From Methanobacteriota archaeon (lineage in GTDB: Archaea; Thermoplasmatota; Thermoplasmata; SG8-5; JAGLSY01): DNA of 64,000 nucleotides. Of the stretch, positions 47,336 through 58,030 are shown piece by piece. Within the stretch, counting starts at the first letter, position 1; each line of letters opens with the position of its first letter. The position numbers were made by a program, and so were the translations under genes. The stretch covers positions 128,001-192,000 of the forward strand of contig JAEHCO010000001.1 of NCBI GenBank assembly GCA_020697715.1. Direction: 5' to 3'. Below the pieces are notes generated by a model. That model was given only the letters and a program-made list of their open reading frames with translations. It was not told the DNA's origin and ran no database searches.

Positions 47336-48892
47336 CTAACCAGATACTGAAGGCACATCATCCTCATAGCCCTGCATGTGTACCACACGCTGTGGGAATG
47401 GGATGTCAATTCCTTCTTCGCAGTATCTTCTGAAGATCTCCTCTCTCATCTCGCCACCAACTCTCCATTGATCATCCAAGTGGAAGACCCAGGTGTAAAG
47501 TTTGAGGTTTATGGCTGAATCTCCAAATTCTACAAGTCTGACAAATGGTGCACTGCCTTCCTCCTGCATGACGTCCTTATGTGCAGTAGCCACTTCCAGC
47601 ATGATGGCCTTCGCCTTGTGGATATCGGCCTTGTAATCGATGCCGATGGTGACCTTGACCTTCATCTTGTTGTCTGGCTCAGTGAGGTTTATAACCTTCT
47701 CATTCGCGATCTTGCTGTTGGGCAAGATGATCATGTCATGATCGAAGGTATTGTAGAGCTTGGTACTCCTCATACCTATCTTTTCCACACGGCAGTAGTC
47801 GCCATTCTCCATTAGGACCAGATCGCCAACTTTGAAGGGGCGGTCCGTAAGCAGGAACATACCGGATATGAAATTGCCCAAGGTATCCTGAGCGGCAAAT
47901 GCGATTACCAAACCCATGATCCCCATTCCAGCTACCAGCACAGTTGGGTCTATACCGAATAGATTGAGGGCGGCGATCGTCGCACCTATGAAAATGAATA
48001 TCATCGCGGCCTTTTCCAGCAGAGGCAATGCGATATCATCTAAGTTGGTCTCACTCTTTTCAGCATAGGATTTACCCCATAGGAGCAGGACATCCTGGAA
48101 TACCTTGTAGGCCATCCAGGATATCAGTATTATCAAGAACAATCCATAGATCGTCTCGATATTGCTGACAAGGGAATATGATAGGTTCAGGACCTCCAAA
48201 GATGAGACCAAGCCATAAGCGGCTATCAGGTAAAATACGGGACCTTTTACAATGGCCAGTACCTGATCGTCGATCTCAGTCTCAGTTTTCTTGGTGAAGT
48301 GCTTGACGACCGGATCCAGAACAAAGAATATTGCCAATCCGACACATGCCCATATCAACACGGTCAGAAGAAAGACACCATACTCATTATCGAGAGGCTC
48401 TAAGGCTCCGAAATAATTATCGATGACACCAAAGGCCTTTGTCGGTGGTATGTAATTGCTGCCCGATATCGTGGTCGCTGTATCGCCAATATCTTTTGCC
48501 CAGGTCTCCTGGGTCGCCACATCGATAATAGTTGCAGTCACTGGGATCATATGATCGGGATAATCCCAAGAGTCTGGGGCAGTGACCGTTAGCTCCACTG
48601 TGAAATAACCATTCGATGGAAGTAAGATGTAGGTCTCGGTGAATTCCGCTGTCCATCCATATTCCTCATAGGGGTCTGTGAGCAATATCATGTGGTCCGA
48701 GCTACCATTGTTATACAAGACCCAGGTATAGGTCACGGAACTCTCAACATCCACTTGTTTATCGTACTCATCTATAGGGAATTGATGGATGTCCCCTTCC
48801 GCGGCCTGAGCCACTCCGGAGAATACTGGCATTACCAGTACGGCCATGATCAAAGTAAGCATCAATGCATAGGTCAATGTCCTAGTTTTCAT
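47336..48892 (-). CDS. MscS-family mechanosensitive channel with a secreted N-terminal Ig-like domain
   Basis: Signal peptide ending AQA, beta-rich ectodomain, AFAAQDTLGNFISG, RPFKVGD, IGMRST, IDIPFPQ. Confidence 0.9.
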   Translation of the reverse strand: MKTRTLTYALMLTLIMAVLVMPVFSGVAQAAEGDIHQFPIDEYDKQVDVESSVTYTWVLYNNGSSDHMILLTDPYEEYGWTAEFTETYILLPSNGYFTVELTVTAPDSWDYPDHMIPVTATIIDVATQETWAKDIGDTATTISGSNYIPPTKAFGVIDNYFGALEPLDNEYGVFLLTVLIWACVGLAIFFVLDPVVKHFTKKTETEIDDQVLAIVKGPVFYLIAAYGLVSSLEVLNLSYSLVSNIETIYGLFLIILISWMAYKVFQDVLLLWGKSYAEKSETNLDDIALPLLEKAAMIFIFIGATIAALNLFGIDPTVLVAGMGIMGLVIAFAAQDTLGNFISGMFLLTDRPFKVGDLVLMENGDYCRVEKIGMRSTKLYNTFDHDMIILPNSKIANEKVINLTEPDNKMKVKVTIGIDYKADIHKAKAIMLEVATAHKDVMQEEGSAPFVRLVEFGDSAINLKLYTWVFHLDDQWRVGGEMREEIFRRYCEEGIDIPFPQRVVHMQGYEDDVPSVSG

Positions 48893-49036
48893 TCTATTGC
48901 CTCCAATTTCATCTCTTGAATTGATATCTTCCTTATAAAGCTTGTTTTATATTCATCAATTACACAAAATTTATTTGCATAATTGATGGAGCTCGAAGGG
49001 TGTATTATTTAATGCAGTGACCCCATATAGATATAG

Positions 49037-50050
49037 ATGCTTGAAAGACCCATCATAGAGCACGATAAGCCAAAAGGAGTGTTCGAGGAAATGATAGATA
49101 CCTTCAAAAATCTATCATGGTATGCCTCTTTTCCACTGTATCTGGCTATGCTGATATTCAGTTGGATCTTGCTCATATACCTGACCCCAGGGGTCCTTGA
49201 TTGGGGAGGAAGTGGAGGATATGGCTGGGTGTCCATATCCATGATCCCAAGTGTGTTTTGGATCATAGAGGGTGCTTATTTCCAATTATGGTTCATGATC
49301 GTGATATCCATTGTGACCATGGCAATTCTTTACAGCCTGTATGGCGTGATCAAAGATATCAAAGGATCCAGATTAGGACCATATATTAAGGATATTGGAG
49401 ACCTGGACCTAATCTCCAGATTCTTCTTCGCCTCGCTCTTTTTCAAATTCGGATTTTTCATGCTGTTAGATCTGGCTGGCATCAGCCCCACCACTCCAGA
49501 TTTCGATTCTTGGCCAATAGAGCAATTGGTCTTCGGTCTCGTGAATGCGTCTGTGAATGAAGAGCTCGTATCAAGAGTGATGTTGATAGGTATTCCACTT
49601 ATGATCATGCATACATGGAACATAGGGCCAAGGATGATACGGTCAAGAGAGAAAAGTGAGTTCAGGGCCAAGTGCAAATTGCTATTGGGGGGCAATATCC
49701 CTATAAATCATCTATCCATAATACTGATCATATTCTCTTCCATCGTCTTTGCAGCAGCTCATATTGATAGCTGGGACATATACAAGTTCTTACCAACACT
49801 TGTGAGTGGCATGATGCTGGGATATCTCTATGTGAAAAGGGGATTGTTCACATCCATATTATTTCATTTTTCGACAAACTTCATATTCTTCTCTGCCCAA
49901 TTATGGGAAGGTGATCTGACCATTCTCATAATAGGATTGACGATGTTGTTATGGATGGTCGTTGGCGGATATCATATGGTCATGATCATCCGTGCGATAA
50001 TGGATTATTTGAAAAAAGCTATTACCAGAAATATACCTGGAATCGGATAA
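49037..50050 (+). CDS. CPBP (Abi/CAAX) family intramembrane glutamic endopeptidase
   Basis: NEELVSR, FAAAH, SILFHF.TN motifs; multiple TM helices. Confidence 0.85.
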   Translation: MLERPIIEHDKPKGVFEEMIDTFKNLSWYASFPLYLAMLIFSWILLIYLTPGVLDWGGSGGYGWVSISMIPSVFWIIEGAYFQLWFMIVISIVTMAILYSLYGVIKDIKGSRLGPYIKDIGDLDLISRFFFASLFFKFGFFMLLDLAGISPTTPDFDSWPIEQLVFGLVNASVNEELVSRVMLIGIPLMIMHTWNIGPRMIRSREKSEFRAKCKLLLGGNIPINHLSIILIIFSSIVFAAAHIDSWDIYKFLPTLVSGMMLGYLYVKRGLFTSILFHFSTNFIFFSAQLWEGDLTILIIGLTMLLWMVVGGYHMVMIIRAIMDYLKKAITRNIPGIG

Positions 50051-50069
50051 TGCCCATCTGTATCGAGGC

Positions 50070-50819
50070 CTACAGGCTAAGTAAGTGATCTCGTCCCAAT
50101 ATCGCGTCTTCCAAAGAACGCGATTCAATTATGAAATTACCCTTGTAGCCTACCAATCCATCCATTATCATCTTGAAATCGATATTGCCAGCTCCCGGAG
50201 GCATGTGTTTGTCCTTGTCTCCGACATTGTCACTAAGATGAATATTTGAGAATTTGTCTTTCATATCAAGAAATTCGGGGATCTGGCGGCATATATTGGC
50301 ATGGCCGACATCGAAGCACATCTCGATGTCCAGGCCATTGACCATTTCCTGTAACTCCGATGCTTTGTGGCATATCGTGTATTTCATGGCTGGCATATTC
50401 TCCAGAGCCAGAACAGTTGTGAATTCCGCACAGCCTTTTGACAGGATCTCCAAGCTCTCACGAGTAAGCTTGGGTACTCGGTCTTTACCATACCACTGGA
50501 TCGGCCCCAGCTTACCAGGGTGGACGGTCACCACATCTATTCCAAGATCATTTGCCAGTTCCATTATTTCCATGATCACCCCTATGGAATAATTCCTCGT
50601 TCTCTCATCAAAGGCAGCCAGATTGATATCACTGAAAGGAGCGTGGATCTGGAACTTCATGGAGGTGGTCTCCATGGCCTCTCTCAAGGTCTTGTGGATA
50701 TCCGGTAAAAAATGATCCGCTTCCGAAACTATCTCCCATAGGTCGAAATGTGGCTCTATCGAATCCAATATCTCTTCAAAAGATCTGAGGGAGAATGAGG
50801 GACTTGATACACCTATCAT
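50070..50819 (-). CDS. Sugar phosphate isomerase/epimerase (AP endonuclease 2 TIM barrel)
   Basis: HAPFSDINLA, VHPG, LENMP, FDVGHA, HLSDN.G..D.H..PG.G. Confidence 0.88.
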   Translation of the reverse strand: MIGVSSPSFSLRSFEEILDSIEPHFDLWEIVSEADHFLPDIHKTLREAMETTSMKFQIHAPFSDINLAAFDERTRNYSIGVIMEIMELANDLGIDVVTVHPGKLGPIQWYGKDRVPKLTRESLEILSKGCAEFTTVLALENMPAMKYTICHKASELQEMVNGLDIEMCFDVGHANICRQIPEFLDMKDKFSNIHLSDNVGDKDKHMPPGAGNIDFKMIMDGLVGYKGNFIIESRSLEDAILGRDHLLSL

Positions 50820-50820
50820 T

Positions 50821-51213
50821 TCAATCCTCCAGATCCATTTTTTCCTTGTCCTTATTATTCGGAAGGATGGAATCCAGCAGCACATCCGGATCATCGACTT
50901 CGATGATCACCTTGATATCACCCAATACGGAATTCCCATCCGTGAAATTCACTTTCGAGACATAGGCCACTTGCTTGTTCAAAAAGAATTTGATCTTATT
51001 CTTGGACGAACCTTTGTGCATCACCTGCCTGGCCGTGTCCCTTATCCTCTGCTGGTTTATGAGTTTAAGAAAATTATCAATATCAGGTGTAGATCCATTT
51101 ATGCAACCCTCTTCTATCTCAAGGATCGCCTCAGGAAATATATTCATGATCGCCTGGGCGACCTTCTCGTGATCCTCGGTCTTGCCATATGGCGATGATA
51201 CAAGGCATTTCAT
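50821..51213 (-). CDS. UPF0201/COG1931 RNA-binding domain protein
   Basis: TED..KV..AI.NIFP, QRIRDTAR, LNKQVA. Confidence 0.82.
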   Translation of the reverse strand: MKCLVSSPYGKTEDHEKVAQAIMNIFPEAILEIEEGCINGSTPDIDNFLKLINQQRIRDTARQVMHKGSSKNKIKFFLNKQVAYVSKVNFTDGNSVLGDIKVIIEVDDPDVLLDSILPNNKDKEKMDLED

Positions 51214-51298
51214 AGCCCACCGTAAGAAAGGTTATGATTAATAGATTTCTGAATTGTGGAGAAATAATAGATATGCGATATCTGAAGATTTAATGATC

Positions 51299-51324
51299 AA
51301 GGCCAGGTATTGGATCCTGGCCTT
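51299..51324 (-). terminator. Hairpin at the stop codon of the epimerase gene
   Basis: AAGGCCAGG-N8-CCTGGCCTT. Confidence 0.45.
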
Positions 51325-52261
51325 ATTCACTTTCCAATATATTGGCCTTCACAGCGTATCTGATCGCTGATTCGGAATCATGTTCAGGTGTCCAGCCAAG
51401 GTCGGCTATCTTATCAACAGATAATCGCATCCTGGGGACATCGCCCTTCCATCCTCTGGCTCCACCAGTGTATGTGAATTCCGTATCTTTCAGTCCAAGC
51501 TCCTCCACAACGATCTCCGCGATACGTGTGACATCCACCCAGTCCAAACAGGCTAGATTGAATAAATTGACCTTTTCATTTGACTTGTTGATCCCATAAC
51601 AGATCGCGGCCGCACACTCCTCCACAAGGAGGTAGGATTTACTCTGGGTCCCATCACCAAGTATCTCCATCTTCTTCGGATCCTTCTTCAGCTTGGCAAT
51701 GAAATCGATTATCACACCATGGGTGGCCCTTCTACCAATGATATTGGCAAATCGGAATATCCACACCTGCATATCGAAGGAACTGGCATAGGCCGAAATT
51801 AAGCCCTCACATGCAAGTTTTGAAGCTCCATAAAGTGATATCGGAAGCATCGGGCCATAGTCCTCTGGAACAGCGATCTCACCCTGCTCTCCATATACGG
51901 TCTGGCTGGATGAGAAAGCTATCTTCCGCACACCCGTCTGCCTCATGGCATCCAGTACATTGTAAGTAGCGATCGTCCCCTGCTGAAGATCATAGTCCGT
52001 ATTCGATGTACCGTGTCGAACATCTGGGTTAGATGCCAGATGTATCACGATATCCACACCCTCCATGGCCTTTATCAGAGATGGGGGGTCCAATGTATCA
52101 GCCTCTATGACCTTGAACCCATCTTTTCCTTCATGGTGTGCGATGAACTCCCTTCTACCACTACTGAAATTATCATATATGGTAACCTGATCGGTCTCCA
52201 TCAATATATCCACGATGTGGCTGCCTATGAAGCCTGCGCCTCCGGTTACAAGGTAATGCAT
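51323..52261 (-). CDS. NAD-dependent epimerase/dehydratase (UDP-glucose 4-epimerase-like)
   Basis: VTGGAGFIGSH, HLASNPDV, YGASK, RFANIIG, GWKGDVP. Confidence 0.9.
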   Translation of the reverse strand: MHYLVTGGAGFIGSHIVDILMETDQVTIYDNFSSGRREFIAHHEGKDGFKVIEADTLDPPSLIKAMEGVDIVIHLASNPDVRHGTSNTDYDLQQGTIATYNVLDAMRQTGVRKIAFSSSQTVYGEQGEIAVPEDYGPMLPISLYGASKLACEGLISAYASSFDMQVWIFRFANIIGRRATHGVIIDFIAKLKKDPKKMEILGDGTQSKSYLLVEECAAAICYGINKSNEKVNLFNLACLDWVDVTRIAEIVVEELGLKDTEFTYTGGARGWKGDVPRMRLSVDKIADLGWTPEHDSESAIRYAVKANILESE

Positions 52262-52411
52262 ATTATCATGAGGTCAAAATTATAACACTATTTAGTTTTA
52301 TTGAATAGCCTTCGAGCTAGAAATATGCTATCTTATTTGAATATGAATGTATGAGGTAATATCCTATTCAATAACGAACAGCTTTTATATTGGTTCCAAT
52401 GTCATGCTCTT

Positions 52412-53359
52412 GTGACTATTTCAGTTATAATTTCCACATATGGAATGGAGCGGATAGATGACACACGCCAGTCAATAGATTCTGTTCTTCTTCAAATGGA
52501 CAATGAATGTGAATTGATAGTCGTCATTGATGAGAATGATGAATTGGTATCTGATCTAGATGACAAATATGGAGATCGGATAAGAATAGAGATCTCCAAA
52601 GAGAAGGGATTATCCAATGCCAGAAATCTGGGGGTCAAGACCGCCAAGGGAGATATCGTCGCCTTCATAGATGATGATGCGACCATATGTCCAGGATGGA
52701 TCAAGGCCATCAAGACCGCATTGTCGAATGATAATGATATCGCCGCCGTTACTGGAACCATATTTCCGGACTGGATCGGTAAGGGAATGGAATGGGTTCC
52801 AAGATCCATGTATTGGATCGTCAGCTGTACATACATCGATATAGAAGATGGAGAATTCGTTCAGACAGCCATAGGCACTAATATGGCCTTCAAGAAAGAT
52901 GTGCTTCTCGATATGGGAGGATTCCATAGCAAACTGGGAGCTGTACAGAATTGGAGGAAGATAAAAGGCTCATGGGTGCAAAAAATGAGCCTGGTCGGAG
53001 AAGAAAGAGATCTGTGCATAAAGCTGGCCAGGTCTGGATATAAAATAATTAACTCATCCAATATGTGTGTCAAGCACAAAGTATATCCTTACAGGTTGAC
53101 CTTTAAGAATCTCATTAACAGAGGATATAGAGAAGGGCTGACAAAGGGTCATTTGAAAAGAAAATACACCGATGGAAAAGAAGATACTCTTTCTCTGGAG
53201 CAGGAATACATAATGCATACTCTGGCTAGCTTGATGAGAGAGAAAGATAAATCATTATTGTCAAGGTTCAGAGGGATCTTCAGCCTATTTTTTGTATTTG
53301 TATCGGTGTTCACTGGTTATTTTGTTTACTTGGTATCGGGGAAAAAGAACGAAACATGA
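52412..53359 (+). CDS. Glycosyltransferase family 2 (AglG-like)
   Basis: ISVIISTY, GLSNARN.G, AFIDDDA, GTNMAF, GEERDL. Confidence 0.88.
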   Translation: MTISVIISTYGMERIDDTRQSIDSVLLQMDNECELIVVIDENDELVSDLDDKYGDRIRIEISKEKGLSNARNLGVKTAKGDIVAFIDDDATICPGWIKAIKTALSNDNDIAAVTGTIFPDWIGKGMEWVPRSMYWIVSCTYIDIEDGEFVQTAIGTNMAFKKDVLLDMGGFHSKLGAVQNWRKIKGSWVQKMSLVGEERDLCIKLARSGYKIINSSNMCVKHKVYPYRLTFKNLINRGYREGLTKGHLKRKYTDGKEDTLSLEQEYIMHTLASLMREKDKSLLSRFRGIFSLFFVFVSVFTGYFVYLVSGKKNET

Positions 53360-53407
53360 TCTTTGAACTTGATAACATTTATATCTTATGTGTTTATAGC
53401 AACCTTA

Positions 53408-55177
53408 ATGGAAAATCAAACAAAGTCTGGGAATGGAGAATTTGTTTTATTTGATATTAAATCTGATTTCATGCTCAGGTACAATAAGTACATAATTTTT
53501 CTGCTTCCTGCGATCTCACTCCTCTTGTGGACGATCTCTTTAGTACAAGCTAAAGGAGAGACAATGGGTGAGTATGGGATCTTCTCAATTTTGGGGATCA
53601 CATATTATGCGGCGGTCTTTCTCCTACTGGCTTCAATATTTTACACCTTATTCGGTCCAAAGCAAGAAATGGGCAGGCATTTGACTTACGCTTTGCTTTT
53701 CCAGTCATTTTTATTGATGGTGTTCCTCTTATTTACACCATCTTTGATAGAGGGATTTGCCAGATCACCCCATAGCTGGTCAAAATATGGATATGTGGAT
53801 TATATTGTAAGGAATGGTCACATATCTCAAAGTGTCACTCATTATCATAACTGGCCTATCCCATTCATATTCTGTGCCGAGATGGTCTTGATTACATCGA
53901 TCGACCCTATAACATTTCCATTGGTCTTTCCTCTGATACTGGACATCATACTATTTTTTATCATAGTACTATTTTTCTCAAAATTATTTAAAGATATTAG
54001 AATTCGTTTTGTCGGAATTAGTATCTTCTATCTCATACTTTGGGAAAATCAATTTCATTTTGCTCCTCAATTTTTTGGATTTGTTATATTTGTGCTCATT
54101 TTATATTTGGTCATTTTCTATTTGAAAAAAGAGAACATCACAATGCTGGCTATCATGGGAATAATGATCATGCTATTGATCATGACGCATTTATTGACAG
54201 CTTTCGTCGCTTGTTTATTTTTGGGGCTTATAATATTATATCAGATAATTGGGATTAAGCCTAAAGCTCAAAATAGATCGGATAAAAGAGATGGAATGGA
54301 AAAAACAAGTTATGAGAAATTATTTCATAAAGGATCATGGGATATGAAATTCAGATCATTGCAAGTCAATAAGCGCAAGATCATGTTCTTCATAGCGATA
54401 GCGATTGGAGGGATCATCATATGGTACCTGTTCGCAAGGGATTGGGTCGCTTATGCGAATTGGAGTATCGATCTCGATATGATAGGTTTACTTACTTCAG
54501 CTTATATCGATAAACTGAGAACAGGCTCTGATGCTCATGGAACATTAGTATTGATCAGGATGGTATTCACCGCGATCATTGTATCTCTGGCTCTTATTGG
54601 GGCAAAATTGGCATATGATAAAGATAAGGCCGTGACGATGTACATCATCATATTCTCAGCTATTGTACCCGTATTCCTATTTTACTATGGTGTTGAGATC
54701 GTTCAAAGAGCATTTCTATTCTCCGCCTTGCCCCTGGGTGTCCTGATATCTCTTGGGCTTGGTCATAAAAAGTTTCTGGTATTGGTACTTGCATTATCTT
54801 TCATGTTCGTACCCTTACATGCGCTAAGCATGTATGGCAATGAAAAAGTTGACTACACACCCCCTTCTCAAATATCAGGAGCTCGATTTGTTTTTGATAA
54901 TGTACCGCCAGATGGCATAATATCTGGTGGAAATCCCGTGGACAGAAGCCAGTATATAGAAAAATATGGAAGGGTTGATTTTGAAGATATGGACCTTTAT
55001 TATGACTCAGGTTATGACCTTTATTTAGTATATTCGTCCTCGGATGAATATTTCTCTTTATGGTATCACGGAGATGATGCTTACATCGATTCACTTAAAA
55101 GCGAGATTAACAGTGATAATTATATTAAGATATTTGATTCTCCAGATTGTCAAATATACAAATACAAGTATTCTTAA
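53408..55177 (+). CDS. Polytopic membrane protein of the glycosylation cluster (GT-C/polymerase-like)
   Basis: >10 TM helices; YHNWP, FAPQ and MTHLLT motifs of archaeal glycan-cluster membrane proteins. Confidence 0.6.
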   Translation: MENQTKSGNGEFVLFDIKSDFMLRYNKYIIFLLPAISLLLWTISLVQAKGETMGEYGIFSILGITYYAAVFLLLASIFYTLFGPKQEMGRHLTYALLFQSFLLMVFLLFTPSLIEGFARSPHSWSKYGYVDYIVRNGHISQSVTHYHNWPIPFIFCAEMVLITSIDPITFPLVFPLILDIILFFIIVLFFSKLFKDIRIRFVGISIFYLILWENQFHFAPQFFGFVIFVLILYLVIFYLKKENITMLAIMGIMIMLLIMTHLLTAFVACLFLGLIILYQIIGIKPKAQNRSDKRDGMEKTSYEKLFHKGSWDMKFRSLQVNKRKIMFFIAIAIGGIIIWYLFARDWVAYANWSIDLDMIGLLTSAYIDKLRTGSDAHGTLVLIRMVFTAIIVSLALIGAKLAYDKDKAVTMYIIIFSAIVPVFLFYYGVEIVQRAFLFSALPLGVLISLGLGHKKFLVLVLALSFMFVPLHALSMYGNEKVDYTPPSQISGARFVFDNVPPDGIISGGNPVDRSQYIEKYGRVDFEDMDLYYDSGYDLYLVYSSSDEYFSLWYHGDDAYIDSLKSEINSDNYIKIFDSPDCQIYKYKYS

Positions 55178-55232
55178 GCTGCCAGGTCATAAATTAGAGC
55201 TTGGAGATAATTCAATAATATTCTTTCTCAGC

Positions 55233-56438
55233 CTATGGCATTGATGCCAACAGCTTCTTTGTCAATAGCTCATTATATTTATCCCGATCATATTTTTCGA
55301 GGACCATGTCAATTATTTTTTGAGCATTTTCTCTATACTCCGAATTGCTTATCAAAAGCTCGATCGCTTTCTCAATTTCGTTCAGGTCTTCCCATGTAAG
55401 CGCGATCCCATTATTGTACTTATTAATAAAATTATGAACATAGGTGTCTTTGTCTGCAATTACCAGGATCGGAACACCGCAGCTGATATAATCATAGAAT
55501 TTTGATGGGATGGCATAAGTTCCCTGTGGATCATCTTTTTGAAATACCAGTATTCCGACATCAGAACCCTTTAGAAGGGATAACATCTTTTTATGCTCCA
55601 CACCCATCATTGATATCTGCGTCTCTAAATTAGATCCATGAATTGAATTTTCGAATCTCTTACTAGAGCTTGTAGAGAACACCAATAAGTGGTAATCTGG
55701 ATTTTTCTTGATAGTAGGAATTATCACTTCTGGAGAGTAATATGGCGTCTGTAGATTTCCCACATATGCTATGTATCTATGATCTCCTTTGGGCGTATGC
55801 ATATATGCAGGCTGCACAGTTTCTATCTCCTTCCGATCAATGCCATTCCTGACCTCGATCACTTTCTCATGACAGATACCCAGTTCATCTGTTATCGTAT
55901 TATGCACAGATGAAACAAAAATAGCTTTCTTATTGGCAAAGCGAGCGAGCTTATGTGAAAGCCCATGTAACATCAAAGCAATATGTCTCATAAATCCCTT
56001 TCTTTGCTGAATGATGTTCTTATTTACCTTTACCCAATTATCACGATAATCTACAGCATATTTTATATTGAAAAACCTACACCATATCGAACCAGATAGG
56101 ATCACTCCTGGTGGTGTGGAAAAAAAGACTATGTCCGGCTTCCTTTTTTTAGTATAGATCGCTGTAAGGAAAAGCCAAATAATGGCATAAACTGGATTTG
56201 GATCCTGATATTTGAATATGAAATTAGCCCTGTCTTTACCTACACCTACTTTATGAACTGTTACTTTTGGCACTTCAAATTGGTCTTTTTCTTTTTCTTT
56301 ATAATTTGGATTCCACACTACAATATCAATTTGCTGGACCTCGGCCTTCGAGCTTAAATACTTGGCCATCTCAAAGGTTCTTGTTGCCGCTGCCGTGTAA
56401 TTAGGGGGGTAATACTGGCTCATGATCATTATTTTCAT
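55233..56438 (-). CDS. Glycosyltransferase family 4
   Basis: SQYYPP..AA.R, DYRDNW, RNGID, PSKFYDY.SCGVPI. Confidence 0.88.
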   Translation of the reverse strand: MKIMIMSQYYPPNYTAAATRTFEMAKYLSSKAEVQQIDIVVWNPNYKEKEKDQFEVPKVTVHKVGVGKDRANFIFKYQDPNPVYAIIWLFLTAIYTKKRKPDIVFFSTPPGVILSGSIWCRFFNIKYAVDYRDNWVKVNKNIIQQRKGFMRHIALMLHGLSHKLARFANKKAIFVSSVHNTITDELGICHEKVIEVRNGIDRKEIETVQPAYMHTPKGDHRYIAYVGNLQTPYYSPEVIIPTIKKNPDYHLLVFSTSSSKRFENSIHGSNLETQISMMGVEHKKMLSLLKGSDVGILVFQKDDPQGTYAIPSKFYDYISCGVPILVIADKDTYVHNFINKYNNGIALTWEDLNEIEKAIELLISNSEYRENAQKIIDMVLEKYDRDKYNELLTKKLLASMP

Positions 56439-56511
56439 GGATTTTCTCCGCTATTCCTGATACCATAATAACACAAGGTTATAAAAATTACAATGGCTTC
56501 GGGTGTATTGC

Positions 56512-58008
56512 ATGGGCGAGATGGAGAATGCCAGAAAATTTACCTTCGATGTCAGCTGGGCTACAGCCAGTCTGGCCTTCATGATGGTCGTTGGGTTTGC
56601 CATAGGGGTGATACTCGGAAATTATTTCGATGCCAGTGGACTGGGTGCGTATTCCATGACCCTGACCATATGGGGAATAGGGTCATTGACTGCCGGTATC
56701 GGAATTCCGATGGCTGTTATAAAATATATTGCAGAATACAGCGATAGACCAAATATCTGGAATTCCATGGTCTCATCAGCTATGGTATCCGGCGGCTTGA
56801 TCGCCACAGTAGCAAGTATCATCCTATTCCTACTATCGTCTACCATGGAGAATGTGTTTAATATTCCCGATCTGGCTCACCTTCTCAGGATCGTTTCCTT
56901 CTCTTTCCCCTTCATAGTGATCAATGAGATCTTTATCGGCACCCTTAATGCATTGAGAAAAATGAAGGAATACACAATGCTGGAAGTATTTAGACGAGGA
57001 CTTATGCTTGTATTCACTCTGATACTTTTGTGGAGTGGAATGGGCATAGAGGGGGCTGTTATCGCCTTGGTCTTATCACCTATAGTGGTTACCTCCACGA
57101 TGCTGGTGATGCATAAAAAATATTTTCAATTCCAGTTCATTAATTTCAAAAAATATTCGAAAAAACTTGTCAAATTTGGAGGTCAATTATATTTTGCCAG
57201 TGGGGTGAGCCTGATCAATGCCCAGGCAGCTATATTACTTATCGGGTTTTATATGACCGATAGGGATGTGGGAGTTTATGCCATGGCCCTTATGTTCTTC
57301 AATGTCATGATCATGATCCCGCAAGCGATCCAAAAGATCACCTATCCAGCCTTTTCAGTCCATTTTGCAAAAAAAAGAATATCATTAATTCAAGATATGA
57401 TGAAGATCATCATGCGGTTTTCATTCATTCTTATGTCATTGACCTGCCTATTCCTTATATTTTATATCGATGATATCATAGGATTCGTATTCCCGGGGAA
57501 AGATGATTTCCTTCTGGCAGTCGCTCCTTTGAAGATCATGGCGATCGCCGGAGTCCCTTTTGGCATACTCATACCCGTGGGCGCAGTATTCACCTCCGCT
57601 GGCAGGGCGGATATTCCTTTGAAGATCTCCATTGTGAAAGCTTTTACAAACATTGGACTGGCAATCGTTCTGATCCCGATGACTGGCATAGCTCTATGGG
57701 GCTTCTCCATCGGCGGCTTGAATGGTGCCGCTATAGCTCTTGGAGGGAATTTCATAATTGGTATTATCATGACCATCTTTTACCTCAAGCCATCCCTTGA
57801 TATTCATTTGAGCATCAAGAAAATATGGATAGGGTTGGTTCTTTTCTTCATGACGATACTGGCCTTATACTCATTGGGAGGCTTAATAGAGATAGAAGAG
57901 AATATCTTGGGATTGATAATTATCCCATTATATACCTTAGGTCTGTATCTCACAGGGGTCATATCCAGTGATCTGTTCAGTATGATCAAACAACTCGCTA
58001 GTAAATGA
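56512..58008 (+). CDS. Flippase (Wzx/MOP superfamily)
   Basis: ~14 TM helices; GIPMAVIKYIAE, VGVYAMA, YPAFS, GLNGAAIA. Confidence 0.88.
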   Translation: MGEMENARKFTFDVSWATASLAFMMVVGFAIGVILGNYFDASGLGAYSMTLTIWGIGSLTAGIGIPMAVIKYIAEYSDRPNIWNSMVSSAMVSGGLIATVASIILFLLSSTMENVFNIPDLAHLLRIVSFSFPFIVINEIFIGTLNALRKMKEYTMLEVFRRGLMLVFTLILLWSGMGIEGAVIALVLSPIVVTSTMLVMHKKYFQFQFINFKKYSKKLVKFGGQLYFASGVSLINAQAAILLIGFYMTDRDVGVYAMALMFFNVMIMIPQAIQKITYPAFSVHFAKKRISLIQDMMKIIMRFSFILMSLTCLFLIFYIDDIIGFVFPGKDDFLLAVAPLKIMAIAGVPFGILIPVGAVFTSAGRADIPLKISIVKAFTNIGLAIVLIPMTGIALWGFSIGGLNGAAIALGGNFIIGIIMTIFYLKPSLDIHLSIKKIWIGLVLFFMTILALYSLGGLIEIEENILGLIIIPLYTLGLYLTGVISSDLFSMIKQLASK

Positions 58009-58030
58009 TATCGGACAAAAGTCTATTTCA

